Both the position numbers and the translations under genes were made by a program. A stretch of 64,000 nucleotides of DNA, taken from Candidatus Magasanikiibacteriota bacterium (lineage in GTDB: Bacteria > Patescibacteriota > Patescibacteriia > Magasanikbacterales > 2-02-FULL-50-9b). Position 1 is the first letter of the stretch; the number at the start of each line of letters is the position of its first letter. This document shows positions 9,458 to 18,514 of the stretch, one piece after another. The stretch is from NCBI GenBank assembly GCA_023246755.1, contig JAHFHU010000002.1, positions 3,702 through 67,701 of the forward strand, given 5' to 3'. The notes beneath the pieces are model-generated. The model was not told the DNA's origin. It did no database searches and worked only from the letters and a program-made list of their open reading frames with translations.

Positions 9458-10240
9458 ATGGAGGCTCCCATCGTCACGGCGTTGTACATGGTAGATAACT
9501 GGCTCGCACGGATTGGCAAAAAACAGAGCGATCTGATGCCCCACAACTGGAAGCGCCTCGCCGAAAACGCACTTTTCATGATGCAACTCGCTGGAGAGAC
9601 CGCTGATTCTCTGCTTGGGTTCGTGAACATGCACCGAGCACCAGAACAGACCGTGACTCTCAACCAACTGCGCAAAATGATCACGTCAGGAGACGATGGT
9701 GATTTGATGGCGCTGTGTACGGTCGCGTTCATGTGCAAGTTTGAACCACAAGCACTCTTTGTTTCTGACCTGAAAGCCAAGTTGGCCGAGTCCGCAAAGA
9801 CCGAGGCACTTCGCCTTGTCCAAGACATCACATTCAAGTCAAGCATCATCGGGGACATCCACAGTTGCCCCAAATGTGCGTTCATCCATAAGGAAATTGT
9901 TCCAGCCGCGAAGTTCTGTCCCCAGTGCGGCATGAGTCTCGCTACGGGCGTAGCACCGCAGGCGAACAATGTAGTCAACGCAGTGCGGATTCCGGTGGGT
10001 GATTCGCAAATGCCGCTGCTCGATCGCAGCTGCAATAGCCTTGAATTTTCGGTGCGTGTATGGAACTGCTTGCAAAATACCAATATACGCTTTGCTGGAG
10101 AGCTTGTGCAGAAAACCGAATCAGAGCTGTTGAAAATCGAAAATTTTGGCCGCGAGTCGCTCGGGGTAACCAAAGACGCGCTTGCGGAGCTGGGCCTCAC
10201 GCTCGACATGGACGTCCGCGGTTGGAAACCTCCGACCTGA
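9458..10240 (+). CDS. protein with CxxC zinc ribbon(s) and C-terminal RNA polymerase alpha-CTD-like domain
   Basis: CPKC..FCPQCG, then LEFSVRVWNCLQNTNIRFAGELVQKTESELLKIENFGRESL..LGLTL..WKPP matching the RpoA CTD pattern; SD AAGGAAGG. Confidence 0.8.
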   Translation: MEAPIVTALYMVDNWLARIGKKQSDLMPHNWKRLAENALFMMQLAGETADSLLGFVNMHRAPEQTVTLNQLRKMITSGDDGDLMALCTVAFMCKFEPQALFVSDLKAKLAESAKTEALRLVQDITFKSSIIGDIHSCPKCAFIHKEIVPAAKFCPQCGMSLATGVAPQANNVVNAVRIPVGDSQMPLLDRSCNSLEFSVRVWNCLQNTNIRFAGELVQKTESELLKIENFGRESLGVTKDALAELGLTLDMDVRGWKPPT

Positions 10241-10262
10241 AACCACGGCTCAAACCCATCCC

Positions 10263-10307
10263 AACCCACCGCATAGAGAATTGTCTCGTGCGGTGGGCTG
10301 TTTTTTT
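10263..10307 (+). terminator. intrinsic terminator
   Basis: CCCACCGCA...TGCGGTGGG stem followed by a T8 tract. Confidence 0.8.
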
Positions 10308-10527
10308 AAAAAAACAGTTCGGCACTCACGGGTGTACCCCTCCCTGGTACACCAGCAAACGCCGAACTTGGTTCAAGTTACCATTTATAAACACAGTAAG
10401 TCAAACGATATTGTCAAAAATATGTCTATACTACCGTATACAGTGTTGATAAACCTGTGGAAAAGTAGTGCATATCTGTGGAAAACTCAATGTTTTTCGA
10501 AGTTTTTAAAAATTGTACACGCTTTCG

Positions 10528-10556
10528 TTGACAAAATCGTTTTTTTATGGTATAGT
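10528..10556 (+). promoter_or_regulatory. strong sigma70 promoter driving a non-coding region
   Basis: TTGACA-17-TATAGT with extended -10 TG. Confidence 0.8.
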
Positions 10557-10560
10557 ATCT

Positions 10561-11024
10561 TCGTGCTCATGAAAGCTTGATCGAGTTACGGTCCGAGAGA
10601 CGCTGTAACTCTCGCTCTCATCACACACCCTATAACGACTTCCTCATCGGAAGATCAAAATAGTTCTTTTGCACGAGTTCCACCACATAGTTCTTTGCCC
10701 GCGCATTCGTCCATCGTTCACATTTCAAATCGTTCCACTTTTCTTTCAACGAGAAAGGCGTGAATACTGGTAGAACGGTCTTTCGAGACAGTTCCCACTC
10801 ACGATCCGGTGTTACCTCGCAAAATTATGAGGTCAATTAACACCACGCAGAAGGATTAGATGCGAACAACAACAACACAACCCGCAAGATCGATATCCTC
10901 GAGGTCGTCTCACGATGTACCTCAAGTAGTGTCCGTCTTGCACAAGGCTCGTGGCTCACCGATTAACTACATTGTTTCGGGTGATTGCCCGAGCCTTTGC
11001 TATTTTATACAGGTTTTTTATTTT
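10561..11024 (+). ncRNA. candidate large multi-domain ncRNA (~460 nt), unassigned
   Basis: Nested long-range helices, UUCG tetraloop, G-U pairs favouring +, own promoter and U-rich end; the next gene has a separate promoter. Confidence 0.65.
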
Positions 11025-11038
11025 CGCCGCCGCTGGTG

Positions 11039-11067
11039 TTGACATGTGCCGCCGGTAAATCTATACT
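11039..11067 (+). promoter_or_regulatory. sigma70 promoter of the dksA-like operon
   Basis: TTGACA-17-TATACT. Confidence 0.75.
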
Positions 11068-11098
11068 GCAGTAATATTCGTCATTTGTTGCGCGCATT

Positions 11099-11464
11099 AT
11101 GAACTCATCATTTTCAAAAGAATTTCTTGCAGAAACCAAAGAGACGCTTGAAAAACAAAAAATCCGCCTCGAGCGGCAAATTGGTGACCTCACCAACAAA
11201 GAAACCGGCTCAGCATTCCCGAGCTATGGCGAAGGTGAGGACGAAAGCGCCGAAGAAGTCGCGACATACGACGCGAATCTACAATTGCTCGATGCAAATC
11301 AGTCGGAATTGCGTGATGTCAATGAGTCAATGGTTCGTCTTGAAAAAGGAACCTACGGCATTTGCAAATATTGCAACAACCCCATTGACGAGCAGCGACT
11401 TCGGGCGCGCGCAACCTCGAGTTCGTGTGTGGCGTGCAAAAAAGCTTTAACGCAGGAGCTGTGA
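11099..11464 (+). CDS. TraR/DksA C4-type zinc finger protein
   Basis: Coiled coil plus GTYGICKYC..IDEQRLRA..CVAC. Confidence 0.9.
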   Translation: MNSSFSKEFLAETKETLEKQKIRLERQIGDLTNKETGSAFPSYGEGEDESAEEVATYDANLQLLDANQSELRDVNESMVRLEKGTYGICKYCNNPIDEQRLRARATSSSCVACKKALTQEL

Positions 11465-11487
11465 CACAAACACGAAGGGGGGGAACA

Positions 11488-11913
11488 ATGTTACGTTTGG
11501 CGACGGCGGCAGGCCCAATTTTTTTGGTCGCAATCGACCGTTTGCTCAAGATGGCTGTCGAACAGCCTTTTTTTGATGGCAGTTCAGCCCGAATCGGCTG
11601 GCGATTTTTTGCATTTGAACGATTTCATAACAGCGGCGTCGCATTTGGCTTACCGGTTCCATTCTGGATCGTGTTGCCGCTCACCGCAGTTTTTCTTGTA
11701 TGGCTCGTCGTCTGGGCTCGACAAACGCGCGCACGTCACGCACACGCCGCGCTTGCTGCGATTTTTTTCGGCGCCGCATCCAACGCGTTTGATCGAATAA
11801 TGTATGGCTACACCATCGATTACCTCCGAATTATCGATAGCATCATCAACTGTGCAGACGTAATGATTGTGGGCGGGATTTTTTTGCTCATTTTTTATAA
11901 AAGACAAACGTAA
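11488..11913 (+). CDS. lspA: lipoprotein signal peptidase II
   Basis: IDRLLK, NSGVAFG, SNAFDRI, IDY, NCADV; G-rich SD before ATG 11488. Confidence 0.88.
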   Translation: MLRLATAAGPIFLVAIDRLLKMAVEQPFFDGSSARIGWRFFAFERFHNSGVAFGLPVPFWIVLPLTAVFLVWLVVWARQTRARHAHAALAAIFFGAASNAFDRIMYGYTIDYLRIIDSIINCADVMIVGGIFLLIFYKRQT

Positions 11914-11930
11914 CTTAATTTTAGGGGGGT

Positions 11931-13397
11931 ATGATTACACAGCTCTGCAGCGCAACGCTCGTTGGTATCGGCGCGCAATTGATCACTGTTGAGGCCGAAG
12001 TCACGAGCGGGCTTTCGCATTTCATCATCGTCGGACTGCCTGACACACGCATTCAAGAGGCGCGCGACCGCATTCGCTCAGCGATTAAACAGTCGGGATT
12101 CATATTTCCCTATAATTTTCGGATCACGGTTAATTTGGCGCCATCGGATTTACGCAAAGAAGGAACATGGCTCGATCTGCCGATTGCGCTCGCGATTTTG
12201 AGCAAACAACTCGAACTGTCATCTCAAGCGCTCGAGGATTCTGTTTTTGTCGGCGAACTCGCGCTCGACGGATCGGTGCGATCGGTGCGTGGAGTTTTGG
12301 CGGCAGCAAAAGCTGCGGCGGCCGCGGGCAAACACGTCGTATACGTCCCCTGCGAGAACGCAGACGAGGCAGCGCTGGTTGACGGCGTTGTTGTGTATGG
12401 AGTTGCAACGCTCCACGCGTGCATCGCGCATCTTCGGGGCAACATCGTGCTCGCCGCGCACCCCGCAGCAACGACGGCGTCGCGACCTGACGACGCAACG
12501 ACGCCAGCAGCAACCATCGACATGGCAAACATCGTCGGTAACGAGTTTGCGAAACGCGCACTCATGATCGCGGCGGCGGGCCGATACCATTGTTTGCTTT
12601 CCGGACCGCCCGGCGTTGGAAAAACAATGCTCGCCCGTGCGTTTGTTGGGATATTGCCACCGCCCTCATCGCGTGAGATTCTCGAAATAACCGAGATTTA
12701 TTCGTCGCTCGGAATTGGTGTGGCTACGTCACGGCCATTTCGCGCGCCGCATCACAGCGCATCAACATCGGCGCTCGTCGGTCGTTGGGGCGGACATCGA
12801 TTAAAACCGGGCGAGATGACACTCGCGCATCGGGGCGTACTTTTTCTCGATGAGCTGCCGGAATTTGCGCGCAATGTTCTTGAACAATTGCGTCAACCAC
12901 TCGAATCCGGGGCGTTAAATTTGTCGCGCGCGGAAAATTCTGTGTCACTCCCCGCGCAATTTATTTTAATCGCAGCGCAAAATCCGTGTCCGTGTGGTTT
13001 TTTGAACGATCCTGCGCGTCAATGCACCTGCACGCTTCAACAAAAACGCGTATACGATAAAAAAATTTCTGGTCCGCTGCTCGATCGCATCCACATTCAT
13101 TGCGAAGTTGCGCAAACGAATCTTTCGCAAATTGCGCACCCTCAAAAAACGCAGTCAAGCGCTCAATTGCGCGAGATGGTCATCACCGCGCACAAATTTG
13201 CCGCCGCCCGCCACGGAGCAGACACAATCCCCGCAAAAACACACGAATTTGCCGTTGCGGCTGCGGAAAAATTGCAACTTTCAACGCGAGGGCTTTTTCA
13301 ATTACTTAAAATCAGTCGCACGATCGCAGATCTTGCGTGCAGCCCGACCGTCACGCACGCGCACGTTGCCGAAGCGCTTCAGTATTGTCGGCGGTGA
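11931..13397 (+). CDS. comM: YifB/ComM Mg-chelatase-like AAA+ ATPase
   Basis: IVGLPD, VNLAP, GELALDG, GPPGVGKT, PFRAPHH, LAHRGVLFLDELPEF, NPCPCG. Confidence 0.92.
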   Translation: MITQLCSATLVGIGAQLITVEAEVTSGLSHFIIVGLPDTRIQEARDRIRSAIKQSGFIFPYNFRITVNLAPSDLRKEGTWLDLPIALAILSKQLELSSQALEDSVFVGELALDGSVRSVRGVLAAAKAAAAAGKHVVYVPCENADEAALVDGVVVYGVATLHACIAHLRGNIVLAAHPAATTASRPDDATTPAATIDMANIVGNEFAKRALMIAAAGRYHCLLSGPPGVGKTMLARAFVGILPPPSSREILEITEIYSSLGIGVATSRPFRAPHHSASTSALVGRWGGHRLKPGEMTLAHRGVLFLDELPEFARNVLEQLRQPLESGALNLSRAENSVSLPAQFILIAAQNPCPCGFLNDPARQCTCTLQQKRVYDKKISGPLLDRIHIHCEVAQTNLSQIAHPQKTQSSAQLREMVITAHKFAAARHGADTIPAKTHEFAVAAAEKLQLSTRGLFQLLKISRTIADLACSPTVTHAHVAEALQYCRR

Positions 13398-13414
13398 GAT
13401 GAAACCGCGCGCAC

Positions 13415-14827
13415 CTAACGAATATATTTAATCGGATTCACCCGACGACCGCCGATGATAACTTCGAAATGAAGATGCGAACCGGTTGAGCGACCGGTGG
13501 TACCAACCATTGCGATCACAGATCCCCGAGTCACTTGCTGGCCCGTTGCGACAAAAACTTTGCTGTTGTGGCCGTATCGAGTAAGCATGCCGTTGCCGTG
13601 ATCAATTAAAATCATGTTGCCGTAACCACTATTGTTCCATCCTGAAAAAACAACGGTGCCATCATCCGCAGCATACACTTGATCCGTGTAATCACCATTA
13701 ATATCAACGCCCGGATGGCCACCACTAAAAAATTGCGTGATGCTGTGCTGACGTGTTGGCCAAAATAATTTTTCGCCGGGCGCGAGCGGTGCGCGCTGAA
13801 TCACCTCGGGATGGTCTTGTGGTGTCTCCGGAGTAACGGGTTGAAAATCCGTGGTTTCCGACGTAGCCGCAGGTGCCGTTGATGGTGATGCGTCCGGCTG
13901 CTCATTTGATTCCGGAATCGCGGCCGGCTCTGGCTTCGCTGGCTTTGGTTGTGGGGCCGCTGCAACCGCGACCTGCACACCCGGAATGACGAGTGACTGT
14001 CCTTTTTTCAATTGCGCAGTCGCGAGTAAATCGTTTGCGAGCGCGATCTGTTTACTCGTCAACTTAAACTTTTTTGCAACATCCGCAACAGAGCCCCCAT
14101 TTTTCACGGTGTAAACAACGCCATCTGTTCGCGGAACAATAATCGTATCGCCTTGATGCAACACGCTTGCTGCCTTCAAATTGTTCGCCCACAATAACGT
14201 CTCAATTTTCAAACCAAACTTTTTTGCGATTCGTGCGAGTGTGTCACTCCGCTGCACGGCATAATGTTCGATTGGTTTTTTTTGCGCTACCGTCGGCTCC
14301 TCCGGTGGCGGCTCTTCCGCGCCGAGCGGAGCCTTTCCAACATTTCCGGTATACGGAAACACGTATGCAACCGCACCGCCGTTATGATAAATCGTCGTTG
14401 GAATTTGCTCCGTGAATTCATTAAGATCGATGCTCGATGTAACATCCGATGCCTGCCAATCAATTTCTGATGAAATCAGTTTCGTTAAAAATAAGCTGTG
14501 CGAACCGACGATCACACCCGGAGCTGTTGACGCATTAACCGAGCTGAGGGTGAGAAAAAAAACCATCGCCGTTGCAAAAATAAAAACCGACGTGCTGTTG
14601 CTGAAAAAAATTTTTCGTCGCGTCCACGGATCTTCGGAAAGTTCGTTATACGCGCGCCACTGACGTCGCGTGATTTGATAAATCGGAGCGATAACGAGCG
14701 GGATGAGCGGATTCAGGACTACGATCAAAAATCGTCCGGTAGTTTGTCCGAACCACACAACAAGACGCTTGAGTAAAACAAGCGCCCGCACCAGCGATAG
14801 AAGGACTTTGAAGAAATGACGCTTCAC
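13415..14827 (-). CDS. LysM-domain M23 family peptidase
   Basis: Two LysM repeats (YAVQRSDTL; YTVKNGGSV), HPGVD, GYGN, RYGH, TGRSTGSHLHFE. Confidence 0.92.
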   Translation of the reverse strand: MKRHFFKVLLSLVRALVLLKRLVVWFGQTTGRFLIVVLNPLIPLVIAPIYQITRRQWRAYNELSEDPWTRRKIFFSNSTSVFIFATAMVFFLTLSSVNASTAPGVIVGSHSLFLTKLISSEIDWQASDVTSSIDLNEFTEQIPTTIYHNGGAVAYVFPYTGNVGKAPLGAEEPPPEEPTVAQKKPIEHYAVQRSDTLARIAKKFGLKIETLLWANNLKAASVLHQGDTIIVPRTDGVVYTVKNGGSVADVAKKFKLTSKQIALANDLLATAQLKKGQSLVIPGVQVAVAAAPQPKPAKPEPAAIPESNEQPDASPSTAPAATSETTDFQPVTPETPQDHPEVIQRAPLAPGEKLFWPTRQHSITQFFSGGHPGVDINGDYTDQVYAADDGTVVFSGWNNSGYGNMILIDHGNGMLTRYGHNSKVFVATGQQVTRGSVIAMVGTTGRSTGSHLHFEVIIGGRRVNPIKYIR

Positions 14828-14921
14828 AATGTGCTTTTAAGCATACTATGGTATCATTTGGACGTCAACCGCGTTCAGGGCAAAAAAGAAATTAATTTGG
14901 CTAATTTGAGATAAAAAAACT

Positions 14922-16148
14922 ATGATCCCTGCAATTATTTTTTCAACTTTTATCGCCGTCTGCACCATCATTGCCGCGCTGTGGCTCTCTGAATTTCGCC
15001 GCGCGCCCGATGAGACGATTCCCGCAACAATTCACCCGATTCTTCCCGCGATCGGCGTCGTGCTCATCATCGCGATTCCGGCGCTCGGGTATTTTTTTTC
15101 AATCGGCGTCGCAATCGTTTTCATTCTTGGTATGATCGCATCATCGATCATCGAATATTTTGCAAAAAAAATCCACGCAGAAAATTCTAAACACTCACTG
15201 TTTCCCTTGTGTGCGCTCGCGTGTTCGATTCTTGTGTACTCGCTACTTTGGACTATCGCCGGCACAGGAACAGCTCTCGTTGCGCTCGCGACGGGCGCGC
15301 TAACCATTTCGTTTTTAACGCGCGCGACAAACGAACTCCAGCCGTTTCTTGTCACCACAGTCGGCGTGCTCGGTGCACATTTTTTTTATGCGGGGTCAGA
15401 ACGTGCGGTTGGATTTACGCTCGCCTTACTTGCCGTCGGCTGCGCCTCAACGTTGATCAGTATTTTTGTTGCAACGCATTACGCATGGAAAACCCCGCAG
15501 CAGATGTTTCACGGTGCGTGCATTGCATTTTTTTTATTCGGACTCACGACGACATCGTGGCTGCTCGAATTTAAACCACTCATGATGGTCGCATGTGTTG
15601 GCGTTGGGCTTGTGTGCGCAATCGCATGCACGCGCATACACAAACCATGGATCCCCCTCGCCTGTATTTTTGTTGGATTGAGCGCGGGCTACTCTCTCGC
15701 AGAATTTTACGGCATCATCATCGTGCTCCTTGCGTTTTATGCGTTAATCGGAAATATTCGTCTGCTAAAATTCACAGAGCACCGTGTCAGCATCGATATT
15801 TTTTTGCTCCTCACCATTTTCATTTTGTTTGTTCACAGCATCACCGTCGCCGGACGCTCGATTTTATTCGAGCTCAACGACCCGTACATTCTTGCAGGAA
15901 TTTTAATGAGCGGCGCACTCATGTACGTGTCTGCCTCACAACGAGAAAAACCGCTCATGCTCATCGCTCCTGTTGTTCTCACGTGCATCAGTATCGCGCT
16001 ATTTCAAAAAACGCACGGCGTCGTCGTGTTGTGTGGCATGTTGTTTGGCTTAGTAGTTCGTGATATTTTTGAACGCACGATCACGCCGCTGATCCAAACC
16101 TATCTGTTCATCGGAATGCTGCTCGTTGCGGTGGTTTTTCGTCCATAG
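14922..16148 (+). CDS. polytopic membrane protein resembling a membrane pyrophosphatase (HppA) scaffold without catalytic loops
   Basis: Nearly all hydrophobic; segments such as GYSLAEFYG and ELNDPYILAGILMSG recall HppA helices; no [11 protein letters not shown] or DNVGDNVGD. Confidence 0.5.
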   Translation: MIPAIIFSTFIAVCTIIAALWLSEFRRAPDETIPATIHPILPAIGVVLIIAIPALGYFFSIGVAIVFILGMIASSIIEYFAKKIHAENSKHSLFPLCALACSILVYSLLWTIAGTGTALVALATGALTISFLTRATNELQPFLVTTVGVLGAHFFYAGSERAVGFTLALLAVGCASTLISIFVATHYAWKTPQQMFHGACIAFFLFGLTTTSWLLEFKPLMMVACVGVGLVCAIACTRIHKPWIPLACIFVGLSAGYSLAEFYGIIIVLLAFYALIGNIRLLKFTEHRVSIDIFLLLTIFILFVHSITVAGRSILFELNDPYILAGILMSGALMYVSASQREKPLMLIAPVVLTCISIALFQKTHGVVVLCGMLFGLVVRDIFERTITPLIQTYLFIGMLLVAVVFRP

Positions 16149-16210
16149 CCGAGTCTTGCCAAGTTCGCACCTGCGTGCTAAAATACGCCTACTTTTAGAA
16201 TTTTCTTCTT

Positions 16211-17500
16211 ATGTCTGCCATCATCAAACAACTTCCAAAATCACAAATCGAACTCACGATCACGGTCGCGCCGGAACAGATGCAGCCTTATCTCATGGCC
16301 GCAGCGAAAAAAATTTCCGAGGAAATTAAAATCGCGGGATTTCGTCCGGGCTTTGCACCCTATGATGTTGTTGCTGCGCAGGTTGGCGAAATGAAAATTT
16401 TGGATGCCGCACTCGAACATGCGGTGCGCGAAACGTTTGTCGAAGCAATACGCTCACACGAACTCCGCACAATCGGCACACCTGATATCGCAATTGAAAA
16501 AGCTGCGCCGAAAAATGAATTTATCTATCGCGCGACTGTTTCGGTTGTGCCTGCGGTGACGTTGCCAGATTTTTCGAAAATTTCAATCGCGATTAAAAGC
16601 GAGCTGGTGACTGATGCGGATATTGATGCGGTGATTGTTGATGTGCGCAAAATGCACGCAGCGCTCGAAGACACGCTGGACGCGGTTGGTGAACATGATC
16701 AGGTTACGGTTGATATGCATTTATTCGATGGCGCGGTTCCGCTCGAAGGCGGACAGGCGCTCGGTCATGTGGTGCCGCTCGACGAGCCGTATTACATTGC
16801 GGGCTTTGTTGAAAAATTAATTGGCGCGCACACGGGCGACGAGCTATCATTTGAATTACCATTCCCCGCTGATCATTATCAGAAATTATACGCGGGCAAA
16901 AATATTACGTTTAAAGTCAAGCTAACGAAGGTACAAAAACGCGCGTTGCCGGAAGTCACCGAAGAGTTTGCAAAAAAACTTGGTGTCGAATCGATTGCCG
17001 AATTGCGTGCGAACATTTCGAAAAATATTTTGGTCGAACACACACGCAAAGCTGAAGATGCGGCGGATATTGATATGCTGAAAGCGGTGATTGGCGCTGC
17101 AACGTTTGGCGAGTTGCCAGAAAATTTAATTGATGCGGAGCGACGCAAACTCATGCAAGATTTAATGCACAGTTTGCAACAACACGGCATCGCGGCTGAA
17201 CAGTATTTTTCTGACATGAAAAAATCTCCGGAAGAATTGCAAGCCGGTTTCACGGATCAGGCGATTGAGCGCGCGAAGATGGGTTTGGTCACACACATGA
17301 TTTCAGTTGAACACAAACTTGAGGCGACAAAAGCAGAACTCGAGGAGGAATTGAACGCAATTCGTGAGGCATACAAAAATAACGCGGACGCGATCAAGCG
17401 TTTGCAAACGCCGGATGTGCAAGAATCTGTTTTGAATTCATTGCGCAACCGAAAAGTGATGGAGTGGATGCGTGAAAAGATGATCGCCGCCGCACATTGA
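16211..17500 (+). CDS. tig: trigger factor
   Basis: IAGFRPG ribosome-binding motif, FKBP-like domain (YIAGFVEKLIG, FPADHY). Confidence 0.95.
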   Translation: MSAIIKQLPKSQIELTITVAPEQMQPYLMAAAKKISEEIKIAGFRPGFAPYDVVAAQVGEMKILDAALEHAVRETFVEAIRSHELRTIGTPDIAIEKAAPKNEFIYRATVSVVPAVTLPDFSKISIAIKSELVTDADIDAVIVDVRKMHAALEDTLDAVGEHDQVTVDMHLFDGAVPLEGGQALGHVVPLDEPYYIAGFVEKLIGAHTGDELSFELPFPADHYQKLYAGKNITFKVKLTKVQKRALPEVTEEFAKKLGVESIAELRANISKNILVEHTRKAEDAADIDMLKAVIGAATFGELPENLIDAERRKLMQDLMHSLQQHGIAAEQYFSDMKKSPEELQAGFTDQAIERAKMGLVTHMISVEHKLEATKAELEEELNAIREAYKNNADAIKRLQTPDVQESVLNSLRNRKVMEWMREKMIAAAH

Positions 17501-17562
17501 CATTTTTTTGTTTTAGTTATAGGGTTTGGAAGGGAATCACTCCCTTTGAAAGGAAGTTGGCC

Positions 17563-17880
17563 ATGCCAAAGAAACCTCGTAAAGCAGAGAAGCCGATCAT
17601 AACGACATGGTTTGATCCGCAAAAAGACCTCGAAGGGTACACCGAACGTCGCGGCGCGTGGATCGCAAAGGTGATGCAGGATGGACGTTACCGGCTAGCC
17701 TGCGAACTAACCGAGGAGGGCGCTGTTATGCGTTTACTCAAGCTGCTTGCGGAGGAAAAGCTTCCCAGCATGCGGGATCAGTTTGTGATCGAACGACAGA
17801 AATCTTACAACGGCATCCAAACACCATCTGACGAAGTGCGTCCGTGGAAACGCATGCGCGAGCCAGACAAAATTGCATAG
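17563..17880 (+). CDS. hypothetical protein
   Basis: ATG 17563 after AAAGGAAG SD; no motif recognised. Confidence 0.55.
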   Translation: MPKKPRKAEKPIITTWFDPQKDLEGYTERRGAWIAKVMQDGRYRLACELTEEGAVMRLLKLLAEEKLPSMRDQFVIERQKSYNGIQTPSDEVRPWKRMREPDKIA

Positions 17881-17888
17881 GAGGAATC

Positions 17889-18350
17889 ATGGCAGACCTT
17901 TGGGACAAAGATGAGTTTATTCGTTATGTTCGAAATTCAAATCTCGTTCGCGCTCTCGAGTACGCTCGGGAAAAAAATACGCCTGAAATGATTGTCCGGC
18001 ATTACTTGCGTGTTGAATTCTTTGATGCGCTGAACGCGTGCGAATATGTGGTTGCTTGTGGCATCTCATTATGCACGGGTGAGCGTTTTGATAAATTCCG
18101 GCTTGACGAGCTCACCGGCCTTCAACTCGTTGCCGTTCGCGGCTATATCAAAATGATCAACGTGATGATTGATCCGCGTGTCGAGGACGAATTTCAAGCC
18201 GTTCTCGCGTTGTCACAACCTGTTGACGGTCTCAAAAAGAAAGTCGCCGCGGCCATCAGCGAAATGCTGGCGATTGATGTCAAAACGCTCGCAGACAAAG
18301 TCAGGATCTATAACACGCTGTTGCCGCACCTCGTTTTGGCGACGAGGTAA
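17889..18350 (+). CDS. hypothetical protein
   Basis: ATG 17889 after AGGAGGA SD; followed by a terminator. Confidence 0.6.
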   Translation: MADLWDKDEFIRYVRNSNLVRALEYAREKNTPEMIVRHYLRVEFFDALNACEYVVACGISLCTGERFDKFRLDELTGLQLVAVRGYIKMINVMIDPRVEDEFQAVLALSQPVDGLKKKVAAAISEMLAIDVKTLADKVRIYNTLLPHLVLATR

Positions 18351-18379
18351 CGGGTAGAAAAATCTCAACAACCCACACA

Positions 18380-18426
18380 GACGCCATCGCTTTTCCAACA
18401 TCGGATAAAGTGATGGCGGTCTTTTT
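18380..18426 (+). terminator. intrinsic terminator
   Basis: CGCCATCGCTTT...AAAGTGATGGCG stem plus T tract. Confidence 0.7.
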
Positions 18427-18449
18427 ATTTTATCCACCAGTTATACACA

Positions 18450-18479
18450 TTGACAAGGAGAACGTATGTTCTCTATACT
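18450..18479 (+). promoter_or_regulatory. promoter with LexA-type operator GAGAAC-N4-GTTCTC between -35 and -10
   Basis: TTGACA(18450)..GAGAACGTATGTTCTC(18458-18473)..TATACT; matches the GAAC-N4-GTTC SOS box. Confidence 0.8.
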
Positions 18480-18514
18480 CTGATTAAGAGTACGATCCTT
18501 CTTAACCATTTTTT

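Noticed and set aside
7905-11024. The two ncRNA candidates as RNase P RNA, tmRNA, SRP RNA or intron fragments
   Set aside because: No GAGGAAAGTCC, tRNA-like ends, SRP helix-8 motif, complete group II domain V or group I P7 signature seen.
10860-11042. 60-aa ORF MRTTTTQP.. with AAGGA upstream, a possible Thr leader peptide
   Set aside because: It runs through two long hairpins and the U-rich end, and the downstream gene has its own promoter. Better explained as part of the ncRNA, though not excluded.
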